This document shows, one piece after another, positions 1 to 9,568 of a DNA stretch of 16,275 bases. The notes under the pieces are model-generated. The model saw nothing but the letters and a program-made list of their open reading frames with translations. It had not been told where the DNA came from and did no database searches. The translations under genes and the position numbers were made by a program. Source of the stretch: Azolla caroliniana (lineage: Eukaryota > Plantae > Polypodiophyta); contig JBHGNT010000754.1 of the NCBI GenBank assembly GCA_043228905.1, forward strand, positions 1-16,275. The letters run 5' to 3'. Numbering within the stretch: the first letter of the stretch is position 1; each line of letters begins with the position of its first letter.

Positions 1-27
1 CATTTTTAATTTCATTTTCGAGCACAG
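1..27 (+). other. 3' end of intron with CAG acceptor, preceding the pectin methylesterase terminal exon
   Basis: T-rich tract cattttt aatttcatttt followed by cacAG at 26-27. Protein similarity starts right after, in phase (one leftover base, then AAA at 29). Confidence 0.75.
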
Positions 28-178
28 GAAAGTATTCTATGGTGAGTATAAATGCTCTGGCCCTGGAGCCAATCGTAAAGGTCGTGTTTCATGGTCTCGT
101 AGTCTTAATGATAAACAAGCCAAGCCCTTCCTCAGTATTGCCTTCATTGATGGCAGTAAATGGCTCCCTAAGCAATGA
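28..178 (+). CDS. PME: Terminal coding exon of a pectin methylesterase (pectinesterase, CE8); upstream exons lie outside the window
   Basis: Manual translation from 29: [49 protein letters not shown] (TGA 176-178). It matches the plant PME C-terminal pattern FYGEYxCxGPGA..RVxW....EAxPF...FIDGxxWL with no disablements. Not in the ORF track. Confidence 0.92.
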
Positions 179-285
179 GAACATTAGAGAAGTTTTCTAT
201 CCAACTCAAAAAAATCTAAATGGCAACACATATTTGCAATGGAAATCACAAAATCTATTGCTTAGCCATTCCATTATTACACATC

Positions 286-291
286 AATAAA
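286..291 (+). terminator. Candidate polyadenylation signal of the PME gene
   Basis: AATAAA about 110 nt after the stop codon. Plant signals are degenerate, so this is only a candidate. Confidence 0.3.
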
Positions 292-901
292 GATATACTC
301 ATTGATATTACTGAATATACGTCCCTAAACGATGATGTCAATACTTAATCATCATCAAATGGTTTGGGGTGATGTATTCAATTCCCCACATTGTTGTACT
401 TCTTTATGAAAATTAATATACTCTTTCTTTCATGGTTTCAAAGCTACAGGCTTAAAATCAATTCTACAGAGGGAATTAACCTATATTGACATCATATTGT
501 TGCATAGATCTACACGTGCATGTGAAATGTCAAATCCTTTTCGCCTAACATGCACCACATCTTTTTCTTTTGCATGTGCACTTGTCCTTAGCATTGCATG
601 GGTGCTTGACTTTGATCAATTGTCCATCTAACATTTGTTTTTATTTTTTGTATTGACTGTAATTTCTATGTATGCGTGTATCAATGTGCATGTGACTTTA
701 TATGTGTATGTGGGTGAATGTTTATTTGGTAATGTCTTATTGTAATGGTGTAGGTATGTCCAAATGTATGGCTTTGTTGGGGAATTTATATGGGAATATG
801 TAGAATATAATGTATAAGATTATAAGCACAGTAATGTGCAATTGGGTGTAGTGTTGAATATATACAAAATTGTATGAGAGAGATTAAAAAAGTTTATGTA
901 T

Positions 902-1035
902 TTGTACCTATAGGAATTGTGTAGGTGCTTAGATGGGCGTGGTGTGGAGTATGTATGTATGTATATTTGTATGACAAATAGTAAACAATTTCTTGTACTT
1001 GTAAGTTGTATCTATAGGAATTGTGTAGGTGTTTA
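902..1035. repeat. 30-bp direct duplication in TG/TA-rich low-complexity DNA
   Basis: ttgtacctataggaattgtgtaggtgctta (902-931) vs ttgtatctataggaattgtgtaggtgttta (1006-1035), 28/30 identical. Confidence 0.7.
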
Positions 1036-1371
1036 TGTGGAGAAAATAAATGTTGCATATATATTTTTACCACATTCTCCCATGTTGGCATTTATCCAAT
1101 AGAGCTTTGTCTTTATCAACAATAATCTTCAAAGGATTGTGAACCCTTAAACCTTAGGTATTAATGGCTAGATCTTACCATTTCAATTTTCAACCATGTT
1201 TTGTATCATTGGTTTTCGCTTCATCATATCACCATATCAATGCGATGTTAAATAGAAATAGAGAATATGGTATAAAATTCTATTTACATCCATTAATGAC
1301 TAATTAAATTAATCTATGATATATAATGATGAGCCAAAAACATGTTCAAAACACATTTGAGTTAAAAGAAA

Positions 1372-1717
1372 GGAAAATAAATCCATATTGCCATCGCTCA
1401 GTTAGGTATCAACTTGAATATGCTCATTAGAAGCATTGTTGATTTGTACGCAACATGTGGAAGTTTATCAGATGCATATAAACTATTCGATGGGCAAAGA
1501 TACCTTAAGGTGGGTGTTGATCACATGGTTTTACATGAAGGCATATGCTGGAATCATGGAATGAGCTCTATACCATAATGTTTTGCTTGAGTTTTACGTT
1601 GAATATGGAAACTAGAGGATGCTTGGTCATTGTAAATGTGGTGGTATATTGGATGCATGTGATGACCCAAAGGTGGTATCTGGATATGTTGATTATGAAC
1701 ATGATGAGGAAGATTGA
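1372..1717 (+). pseudogene. Decayed PLS-class pentatricopeptide repeat (PPR) gene fragment
   Basis: From 1372: GK*IHIAIAQLGINLNMLIRSIVDLYATCGSLSDAYKLFDG (compare GKQIH...G...ALVDMYAKCGSLxDAxxVFD). LEDAWSL lies near 1612. From 1634: KCGGILDAC..VVSGYVDYEHDEE* (compare KCG.I.DA and ISGYV.HG..EEA). Stops, frameshifts and internal deletions are present. Confidence 0.75.
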
Positions 1718-2851
1718 TTTGGTTTGAACATATGCAAATTCATGGTATGTTTCAACTATTGATCAAGTGCTCAAGCAAGTCTATCAAATGAAGGATTCCT
1801 GGCTAGCTATTGTCTTACACAAGACGGGTTGGGGAAGGATAATCACTTCCTTTCCATCATTTTGTATTTTGTAGTTGATATGCTTTTTAAAACTAATGGA
1901 AAGATATGTTTTCTTTAAAAAAATGATCAGCCAAAAACATTGTTTTCAAACTTTCTTAGTAATATATTGTCACGTCATCCATAGTAGTGATTACCTTCAA
2001 TACAATATTCAAGAGGAATATTAAAAATCTAGGCAAATAGCCATTCTAGGAAGAGAAAATGATCCTTCTTTCATTAATAATGCAATTATATTATTGTTAT
2101 CCTCTTTCTCTCTTATTGGTCACTTTCTTAACCCTTCCATTATAGAGTGGTCCCCATGCTCCATCACTCTATGACCTCCTTTAGGATAGTCATTATGATA
2201 CGCCAATTTGATATCATAGATTGTTTTGAGTTGTGCAATCAATCCTCAACTTTGATGACCATCTAGTTTGGTTGGACTACTAAATTCTAATGTGTCAGAA
2301 CTTCTTTTCATGATGGATCTAGCATGGCCTCATCAATAGAGCTCTGCTACCTCTTGTCATCAAGGATAGTCTCAAGTGCTAGATTTAATGTCTTATCCAT
2401 TAAAATTTTCAACATGTTTGCTTCTCTCTTCACATCACTTGATTTGAAATTTCCAAACTTTCCACCTAGGTCTCATTAGGTCCTAATTTGAATTTCATCC
2501 ATGGTCCTCACTTTCCACAACCTTTCCAATACTTACTAATTAGTGTTATACCTTTCTTTTGATGGCTTGGCTATCCTCTCCAAGGTGAATCAAATTCTAC
2601 ATCCTAGGTGCCATCTTTCCTTCCTACAGATCCTAGAGTGTATAGGCTCTTGACCCTAGGTTGTATATTATGATGATGCATATCCTAGTCTTGTGTCTAT
2701 TTTAAATAGAATGAGATGATATTTTGTTGAGAACCAAACTTAACCCAAGTCTAGTGTGTAAACACGCCATTTTTGAGAATGTATGTACACTCAAAGGTCA
2801 AAGGTCACCACTACTTTCGAACATTAATTATGTGCCATAGAATCATATTCT

Positions 2852-2907
2852 ATGAAACATAACTAATGAGTTTCCATATTCCCCATGACACATAACTAAT
2901 GAGTTTC
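2852..2907. repeat. 23-bp direct repeat, 33-bp period, just left of the retroelement stack
   Basis: atgaaacataactaatgagtttc (2852-2874) vs atgacacataactaatgagtttc (2885-2907). Confidence 0.8.
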
Positions 2908-2925
2908 TAGAGAGATAGTGGACAT

Positions 2926-3671
2926 TGTCGTGACGTTTTTGTGCCACGATGAGAAAATAACCTCTACCAAATTATAGGAATTAATTAGAATCTTTGTAAA
3001 TGGTTGTTAAATTAGCTAAGCGATAGCTAATAACTTGATAAGAACCGATCACCTAATGATGATAATATTATGTGCAAATATGTAAATGATTGTTTCGTTA
3101 AGCGATAGCTAATAGCTCGATAAGAATCGGTCACCATAGGATGATAATATTATGTGTAAATTGCTAGTTGAATCTACGAAAAAAAACATAATATCAAGTG
3201 CCCACTAATGTAAGTGCCTCTTATGCATGGGTGACACTTGGCACTCATGCATCCACCTTCCTCATGTATAAAAAGGGGGGTGAGTAATCTTATCAAGGAT
3301 AGGCAAGAAATGCAATTGTAATAATCTTGGAATTATCAATACAAGCTATTTCAGTTCTCCTCTTTCTTCGACAAGAAGCCCGATGTGTACTTCCCGAATT
3401 CACTTTCTTTTCCTTTGCACGCATATGCCGAGATCAAAACCACAACGTTTTAGTGAGAAAATATATAGAGAGGGTGACTTTATATAAAGCACCTTCATCC
3501 TTCCTTTGAATTTGGTTGATTGCTAGTTTATTTTCTTATTCCTGGATAAATATACATTTGATTCTTCTATCTTTTTTCTTTTTTCTCTTCTCTCTCTCTC
3601 TCACACACACAGACACAAACACACATCTAATCTATTCCGCCTAACATAATTATTGTAGGTAATTATTTACA
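2926..3671 (+). mobile_element. 5' LTR region of copia A, possibly a composite of two LTRs
   Basis: Starts TGTCGTGACG and ends ...TTTACA directly before a tRNA-iMet PBS. TATA boxes at 3267 and about 3481, an internal tandem duplication, and a (CT)n(CA)n tract near 3586-3625. The left boundary is less certain than the right. Confidence 0.7.
3017..3161. repeat. Tandem duplication of a ~63-bp unit (82-bp period) in LTR U3
   Basis: taagcgatagctaataacttgataagaaccgatcacc...gataatattatgtgcaaat (3017-3079) vs taagcgatagctaatagctcgataagaatcggtcacc...gataatattatgtgtaaat (3099-3161). Confidence 0.85.
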
Positions 3672-3683
3672 TGGTATCAGAGC
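3672..3683 (+). promoter_or_regulatory. Primer binding site (tRNA-iMet) of copia A
   Basis: TGGTATCAGAGC, the canonical plant iMet PBS, immediately after the LTR-terminal CA. Confidence 0.95.
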
Positions 3684-3812
3684 GCGTTGGCAGTCCGATC
3701 TAGCTCATCCACGCGTGTTGTGTTCTATGCCGACGTTCAAGAAGAACCGGCTCATCGCTATCATAGTGACATTACATAGCTCGTGTCTAAGGAAGAAGAA
3801 GATGATGATATC

Positions 3813-5081
3813 ATGGACACTCAAATCGGTAGCCCTCTCCCTAGCGAGAAGTTGGACTGAAACAACTATGCATCTTGGGAATACAAGATGCACCAATACC
3901 TTGTCACCTAAGGTTATTGGAGATACATCAAAGGAGCGCAAGAAAATAAACATAACCCAACGAATGCCAAATACCCAACATGGGAGAAAATGGTGAGTCG
4001 AGTGATGTATTGCTTGGAGACATGTGTCCGTGACCACATGCTCAGCTACACTCGGGAAGCCAAGATGTTGAAAGAAGCTTGGGGGAATCTCAAGAAAATA
4101 TTCGTCGCCAATACGACAACACGAAAGCTTCAACTCCACCAAGATTTGAACAATGTCCAACAAAGGGACATGTCCATCACAAGCTACACCTTGAAGATCA
4201 AGGAGCTTTATGATTCACTTGGCTCAATAAGCGTTAATGTGGAGGATGATGAAATGGTGCAAATATGCCTAGGTGGCCTTGCAACACGGTTTGATGCAAT
4301 GAGAACCGCCATTCTAGCAAGAGAGAATCAAGCTCCCTCTTTCTTGGATCTTCAATCAATGTTATCGGTTGAAGAAAACCATGTTCGAACCAAGAGCAAT
4401 GCATTCGAAGGACACATGCTCTACACACACTTAGATAGAGGAAGAGGACGCAACCACGCAAGAAGAGGCTAATTTAGCCAAGGACAAGGTTCGACCTATG
4501 AAAAGAACTCCCATTACCAGTAAGATGGTGGAAACCCAAGAGGAACATTCAAAAGAAGGGGGAGCTTCCATGCCGGACCAAGCCGAAAAAACAACCTCAT
4601 CAAATGTAGATACTATGAAAAAATTGACCACCATGAAGAGGAGTGTCGAAAGAAGAAGAGTGAGTTAGCGTCTACAAGTCGACAACTCACCAATTATGCC
4701 ACCAACTCCAAATACGATGACTATGGTGGAATGTTCGTGATGAAACATATAGCAAACTCTATGTTGACCCTCAGCCCAATCAACACCTCTAATTTAGAAG
4801 ATGTATGGTTTGTCAACTCCAATGCCTCAAATCACATGACGTCTCATGAAGAATGGTTTTGTGAATTAAGAAAGCCCGATCGACCTGGCTATGTAGAGAC
4901 TGGAAATGACACCATGCATCCGATACGACATGTCGGTAATGTCCCATTCGGCAAAGAGGAAAACCAGACCTACATCAAAAGCGTCTTGCATGTTCCTACC
5001 ACAACGAAGAATCTAGTCTCACTCAGCCAGAGCGTGGAGTAAGGGATGCAAGTACGGTACAATCATGGAGGATGTTTTATT
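3813..5081 (+). pseudogene. Ty1/copia element A, part 1: gag, zinc knuckle and protease
   Basis: One frame from ATG 3813: EKLD*NNYASWEYKMHQYL, UBN2-type gag core (ORF 3990-4472), decayed CCHC knuckle CRYYEKIDHHEEEC (4605-4646), protease VWFVNSNASNHMT (from WFVDSGASNHMT, 4803), and LHVPTTTKNLVS...GGCFI. Several in-frame stops. Cut at 5081 by an LTR. Confidence 0.93.
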
Positions 5082-5379
5082 TGTTAGCATAAAAGACCGA
5101 TTCCACCCAATTTGTTGTATGTACAACGTGAACATATTTCTCAATTAGGGCTAGAGTATATAAGCCCAACAGTGACATTCTATAGTGAGAGGGTTTTTGA
5201 GAGAATAATCAAAGTTTGAAAATTGACCTCTAATTGTGTCATTTTGCTCTATGCTTCTTGTTTCCTGAATCTATCAACAGTGCACACATCTACTTCTTTG
5301 GTTATCTATGTTATTTGCTGGAGACTAACCTACAAGTCCTCATATTCTTTTGTTGCAACAATTCATACTATTTCCATTA
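5082..5379 (+). mobile_element. 5' LTR of nested copia B (~300 bp)
   Basis: Copia A coding similarity stops at TGTTAGCAT (5082). TATATAAG near 5157, a T-rich U5, and a PBS directly after. The terminal CA appears mutated (TTCCATTA). Confidence 0.8.
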
Positions 5380-5381
5380 AG

Positions 5382-5392
5382 TGGTATCAGAG
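5382..5392 (+). promoter_or_regulatory. Primer binding site (tRNA-iMet) of copia B
   Basis: TGGTATCAGAG, 11 of the 12 canonical bases. Confidence 0.9.
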
Positions 5393-5409
5393 TGACCTTG
5401 ATATCTAGT

Positions 5410-7114
5410 GGAAACGAACAACAGAAAACTGGCAAGATAAGAGAACCAGTTGAAAGAAAAGACCAGACCATCAAAACATCACTTCCAGAAAATGGTTTCT
5501 ACATCTTGCACAAATGTGGAAATCCGGCGACCTCCCACATGAACTCCTTTAGTTGGGTGTTGTCCAAACTCTCCTCCCAAGGGATTAACTTTGAAGAAGA
5601 AGTTAAGGCTCGCGCCGTCCCTTTTAGTTTGCCAGCAGGCTAGGAGGTATTCTGCATGAAATTCACCAACAACTATCCAAATCTCAATTTGGACGAAACA
5701 ATCAGACAAGTTCTGACTAAGGACATCTGGTGATGATCGATGGGCCTCACCATTGATGATTCGGTAGAAGCTCACCACAAGGCCGAGCCAGCCGGAAGAA
5801 CCGACTTAAGTACTAGTCGATCGAAGAGGAGGGATGATTAGTGAAGGTTGAAACCAATGAACGGTCAGTCGAAGGCCTTCTACACACATTGCAGAAAGGC
5901 CAGCCACAACATTTCCAACTGTTGGTCGATAAAAAGAAAGGAGAACGGTTAGCAATTCGATTGGACACAAGGAAAATCCGATTCGAATTGTTTTCCTACC
6001 GGCAACCAAGTGAATGTTTCTGAATCCCGGTCCAAATAAGTTCTCCCCTTAGAAGACTCCTCGACTGGTGATGTCCTTTATAGCACGCAAGACGTGAGAA
6101 CGTGGTTGCTAAACTCTAGTGCCACATTTTACGTGTCCCCAAACATCGAATGGTTTTCAGACTATTCCGCCAGAGCCGATGGTACAATCTAACTCGAGAA
6201 TGGGCAAGAATGCATAATTGTACGGATAGGGGAAGTCCCAATTCAATTATCAAATTGAAATTTGATAATCCCGCACCGAGTCTGGCACGTTCCCAAACTA
6301 TGAAGGAGTCTGGTCTCGATCGGCATGCTAACCGAAACTAGACACCTGACGACTCTTAATGAGTCATCATGGACAATCAGCCAAGGGAACATGAAAATCG
6401 GTTGTGGATAGAATTACAAGAACTTGTATTTGTTGGTGGCGATGAGTCCAGAGGGCACAGTGAACATAGCCAAATCGCAGGATTCGAACTTATGGCACGG
6501 CCAACTTGGCCTTATGTCCTAAGCTGGACTAGACCGATTGATGGCAATCGATTACATCCAAAAACTCTAGATGAAGGCGGCCTTCTACAAGCATTGTTAT
6601 TACAGGAAATAGACCCAAAGTACGCACTCTCTCCACGTTGAGGCAATACGACAACCCCTAGAACTAGACCACACCGATACATGTGGGTTGATGCCCAAAT
6701 GGTCACTAGGAGGTTCGTGATACTTTGTCACATTCATAGATGATTGTACATAGAAGGTTTGGGCTTACTTGATTAAGTCCAAGGATGAAGCGCTCGAGTT
6801 CTTCTAGCAGTGGTTAGCTGAAGTGGAGAACTAATTAGGATACCATGTGAAGACACTCCAGTCCGGCAACGGAGGTGAATACACCTCTCGAGACTTCAAA
6901 TAGTACCTGTTTGACAAAGGGGTTTAGCACCAAACGACCACTCCATATACCTTGATGCAAAATGGCGTGGTGGAAACGATGAACCAGAAGATCTGAGAGA
7001 GGGTGGCAACAATGCTCCCACAATCTAGACTGAAGCTAGAAGTTTGGGCCAAAGTCTTGCATATGACAATATATCTGATCAATCTTTCGCCATCGAGAGC
7101 AATCCGGCTCCAAG
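5410..7114 (+). pseudogene. Ty1/copia element B (Tnt1-like): truncated gag, knuckle, protease, GAG-pre-integrase and integrase core
   Basis: SHMNSFSWVLSKLSSQGINFEEEVKA gag; knuckle YTHCRKASHNISNC (5881-5922); WLLNSSATFYVSP protease (6103); LWHGQLGLMS; PLELDHTDTCG; YFVTFIDD; LQSGNGGEY; QNGVVETMNQ; YLINLSPSRAI. Many stops. Confidence 0.92.
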
Positions 7115-7507
7115 TGCTACTCAAACCGGTCGGTGATAGTGCCGAAAACTGGATGGAGCCGGCAATTGGAGGAAATCGGTGACTGGGCAGAGCTGGCAAT
7201 CGGAAACTGGACGGAGTTGGCAACCGGGTAGAGCTGGCACCTGAACGGATCCGTCAACCGGTGACTGGATGGATTCGGCGGCCGGACGGAGCCGACGACC
7301 GGACGGATCCAGCAACTAGCGACCGCATGGATTCGGCAACCGTTGACCGGACGAATCCGACGACTGGAAATTGGATGGAGCCGGCAAACGGATGGAACCG
7401 GAACCGGATTGGATGGATTAGGACAGACGCGGATTAGTCGGATCAAAGCATGGGCCAAACTTTACGGATTATAGGATCATGCGATTGAACTAAAGTAAAG
7501 TAAAATA

Positions 7508-7606
7508 AAGTAAAGGTCATGTGGAAGGAATGCAACTAAAGGTGGAGGCCATGCATAAAAGTAAAGGTCATGTGGAAGACATGCAACTAAAGGTGGAGGC
7601 CATGCA
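7508..7606. repeat. 51-bp tandem repeat (2 copies) in solo LTR 1
   Basis: aagtaaaggtcatgtggaag(ga/ac)atgcaactaaaggtggaggccatgca at 7508 and 7559. Confidence 0.9.
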
Positions 7607-7780
7607 ACTAAAGTCAAACTTTATGTAAGGTAAACGCCATGTGGGATGCATGCAAAGGATAATGGGAGGCTATGATCAACGGAGAACTTCATATATATTT
7701 GATTTCTTTTCTCCACTTGGGCCGCTCTCCATTATTTTTCTTTTCCTTCTATGTTCCCTTATCTCACAGAGCCCTAACAC

Positions 7781-7898
7781 TCATAAACCCTAATTTTCCT
7801 TACGGAAGCCATATCTCTCATAAACCATAACTTCCTTACGGAAGCCAAAAACCCTAATTTTCCCTACGAAAGCCATATCTCTCAAAACCCCTAATTTT
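7781..7898. repeat. Imperfect tandem array with telo-box AAACCCTAA and TACGGAAGCC motifs in solo LTR 1
   Basis: AAACCCTAA at 7785 and 7849, variants at 7822 and 7885, and ttcc(t/c)tacg(g/a)aagcc three times. Confidence 0.85.
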
Positions 7899-8086
7899 TC
7901 TTTTCTATTAATCTCAGTAAACCTCAAACTTATGAATCCCAATCTTGGGACATATTGTAATTTCTTTTCCTTTGTTAATGAAAATTATTAAATTTTCTCG
8001 TTTCCGTTAATTCTTAAAAGTATAAACGCACGAATCTGATATCCTCTGGTCGTATTTTCGCGTGTCCTCGTCGTATTTTCGCGACA

Positions 8087-9568
8087 CCAGTGAGTTGTGG
8101 CATAAAAGACCGTGTCACATGAGTGAGAAGTGGATGAAGAGGCTTGACGAAGACAATCTTATTCTGGTGAAGGACGTGCAACTTGAGAAGTGCACCGATT
8201 GCTTGGCCGGCAAACAAAACCGAAACTCTTTCTAGTGAAGACCACCGATGAGACGGAATGCACCACTTGAGCTAGTGCATACCGATGTGTGTCAAGTGGA
8301 CATGAAGTCATATGCCAGATCGTAGTACTTTGTGATGTTCATAGACGACCACAACCGGTAGCTGTGGGTCACACCACTGAAGACGAAGGATCAAGTGTTA
8401 CCCGTCTTCAAGGAGCTCCACGCGAGAGTGGAAAGAGAAACCGACTAGAAGATGAAAGCAATTCGAGCAGATAAAGGAGGAGAATACCGGGGGCAGTTCG
8501 AGGAGTACTGTCGGTCGAAGGGAATCTGGCTCGAATTTACCGTGCTGAAAACACCGTAACTAAAACGGGCTGGCCGAAAGGATGAACCGGACCATAATGG
8601 AGAGAGTCCGGAGCATGCTTGCACATGCCAAGCTACCCAAGAAGTTTTGGGCTGAGGCGCTGACGATGACGACCTATGTGATAAACACATAACCCTTAGT
8701 ACCTTTGGACGGAAACACACCGCAAAGAGTATGGACCGGTAAGGATGTGTCCTACTGGCATCTAAAGGTATTCGGATGTCTCGCTTACGTGCATGTGGTG
8801 AAGGACAAGACAACAAAGCTGGATTCGAAGTCCCGTCCATGCATATTCCTTGGATACGACGATGATGAGTTTGGTTACCGGGTGTGGGACTTGGTTGAGA
8901 AGAAGGTGTTCTGGAGTCGGGACATAGACTTCATGGAAGACTGGACCATTGTCGACTGGGAGTCGAAGAAGAAGGTGATGAACTCCGGATCATCCAATGA
9001 AAACCGGCTTGAGGACACAAAGACATACCAGGTTGAAAACCGGATGGTAGCCGGTAACCAGATGACACTCGAAGAACCGGCCAGACACGGATAAGAAACC
9101 GAACCGATTTAAGATGATGATGAAGAAGAAGACATCGGAACTAGACAAGATCCCGAATCGGATTTGGAACAAACGGAGGAACCGGTGGTCAGAAACTAGG
9201 GCCGGAGTTATCCTCTCCAAGAGAGAAGAGCCCCCCGGAGATTTCCTGATGCAGAGCATGTGTTGCTAACCGATGAGGGGGAGCCGGAAAGCTTCAAAGA
9301 AGCAATGAGAGACACCCACAATCGCAAGTGGTTGAGTGCCATGTAGGACGAGATGAACTCCCTGCATGAGAACCACAAGTATGAAGTGACAGAGTTGCCG
9401 AAAGAGAAGAGAGCACTCCGGAACAAGTGGGTGTACAAGTTGAAACCAAGAGATGCCGGAAATCTAGCAAGGTACAAAGCCTGGATCGTGATGAAGGGCT
9501 TCCAATAGAAGAAAGGAGTGGATTTCGATGAGATCTTTGCCCTAGTAGTAAAGATGACATCCATCCGG
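8087..9568 (+). pseudogene. Ty1/copia element C (Tnt1-like): GAG-pre-integrase/HHCC, integrase, SH3-like domain and N-terminal RT
   Basis: ELWHKRPCHMSEK..CTDCLAGKQNR; PLELVHTDVC; YFVMFIDD; IRADKGGEY; FWAEAL; HLKVFGCLAYVHV..KLDSKSRPCIFLGY..FGYRVWD (ORF 8705-9094); LLTDEGEPESFKEA..NKWVYKLK..RYKA..GVDFDEIFALVVKMTSIR. Confidence 0.95.

Larger units (their letters stand above)
7115..8086 (-). mobile_element. Solo LTR 1 (972 bp, probably gypsy-type) with no matching TSD
   Basis: The minus strand starts TGTCGCGAAAATACG and ends GAGTAGCA. It is non-coding between two integrase-coding blocks, with a TATA-like run near 7691-7698 and a CCGG-rich array at its 3' end as in the gypsy D LTRs. Flanks are CAAG and CCAG. 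Confidence 0.85.

Noticed and set aside
39-290. 83-aa ORF from the ORF track
   Set aside because: Wrong frame; it overlaps the real PME exon and its 3' UTR.
640-1102. ORFs 894-1091 and 917-1102
   Set aside because: Products of TG/TA-rich low-complexity DNA with no recognisable motif.
2040-2700. Possible decayed LINE or other TE on the minus strand (YNGRV..KRKRI..HFLFLE faintly like an APE N-terminus)
   Set aside because: Too degenerate to support without an HMM or BLASTX search.
7117-7458. Pro/Arg-rich minus-strand ORFs, likewise 12697-13279 and 14361-14651
   Set aside because: Stop-poor translations of CCGG arrays inside LTRs.
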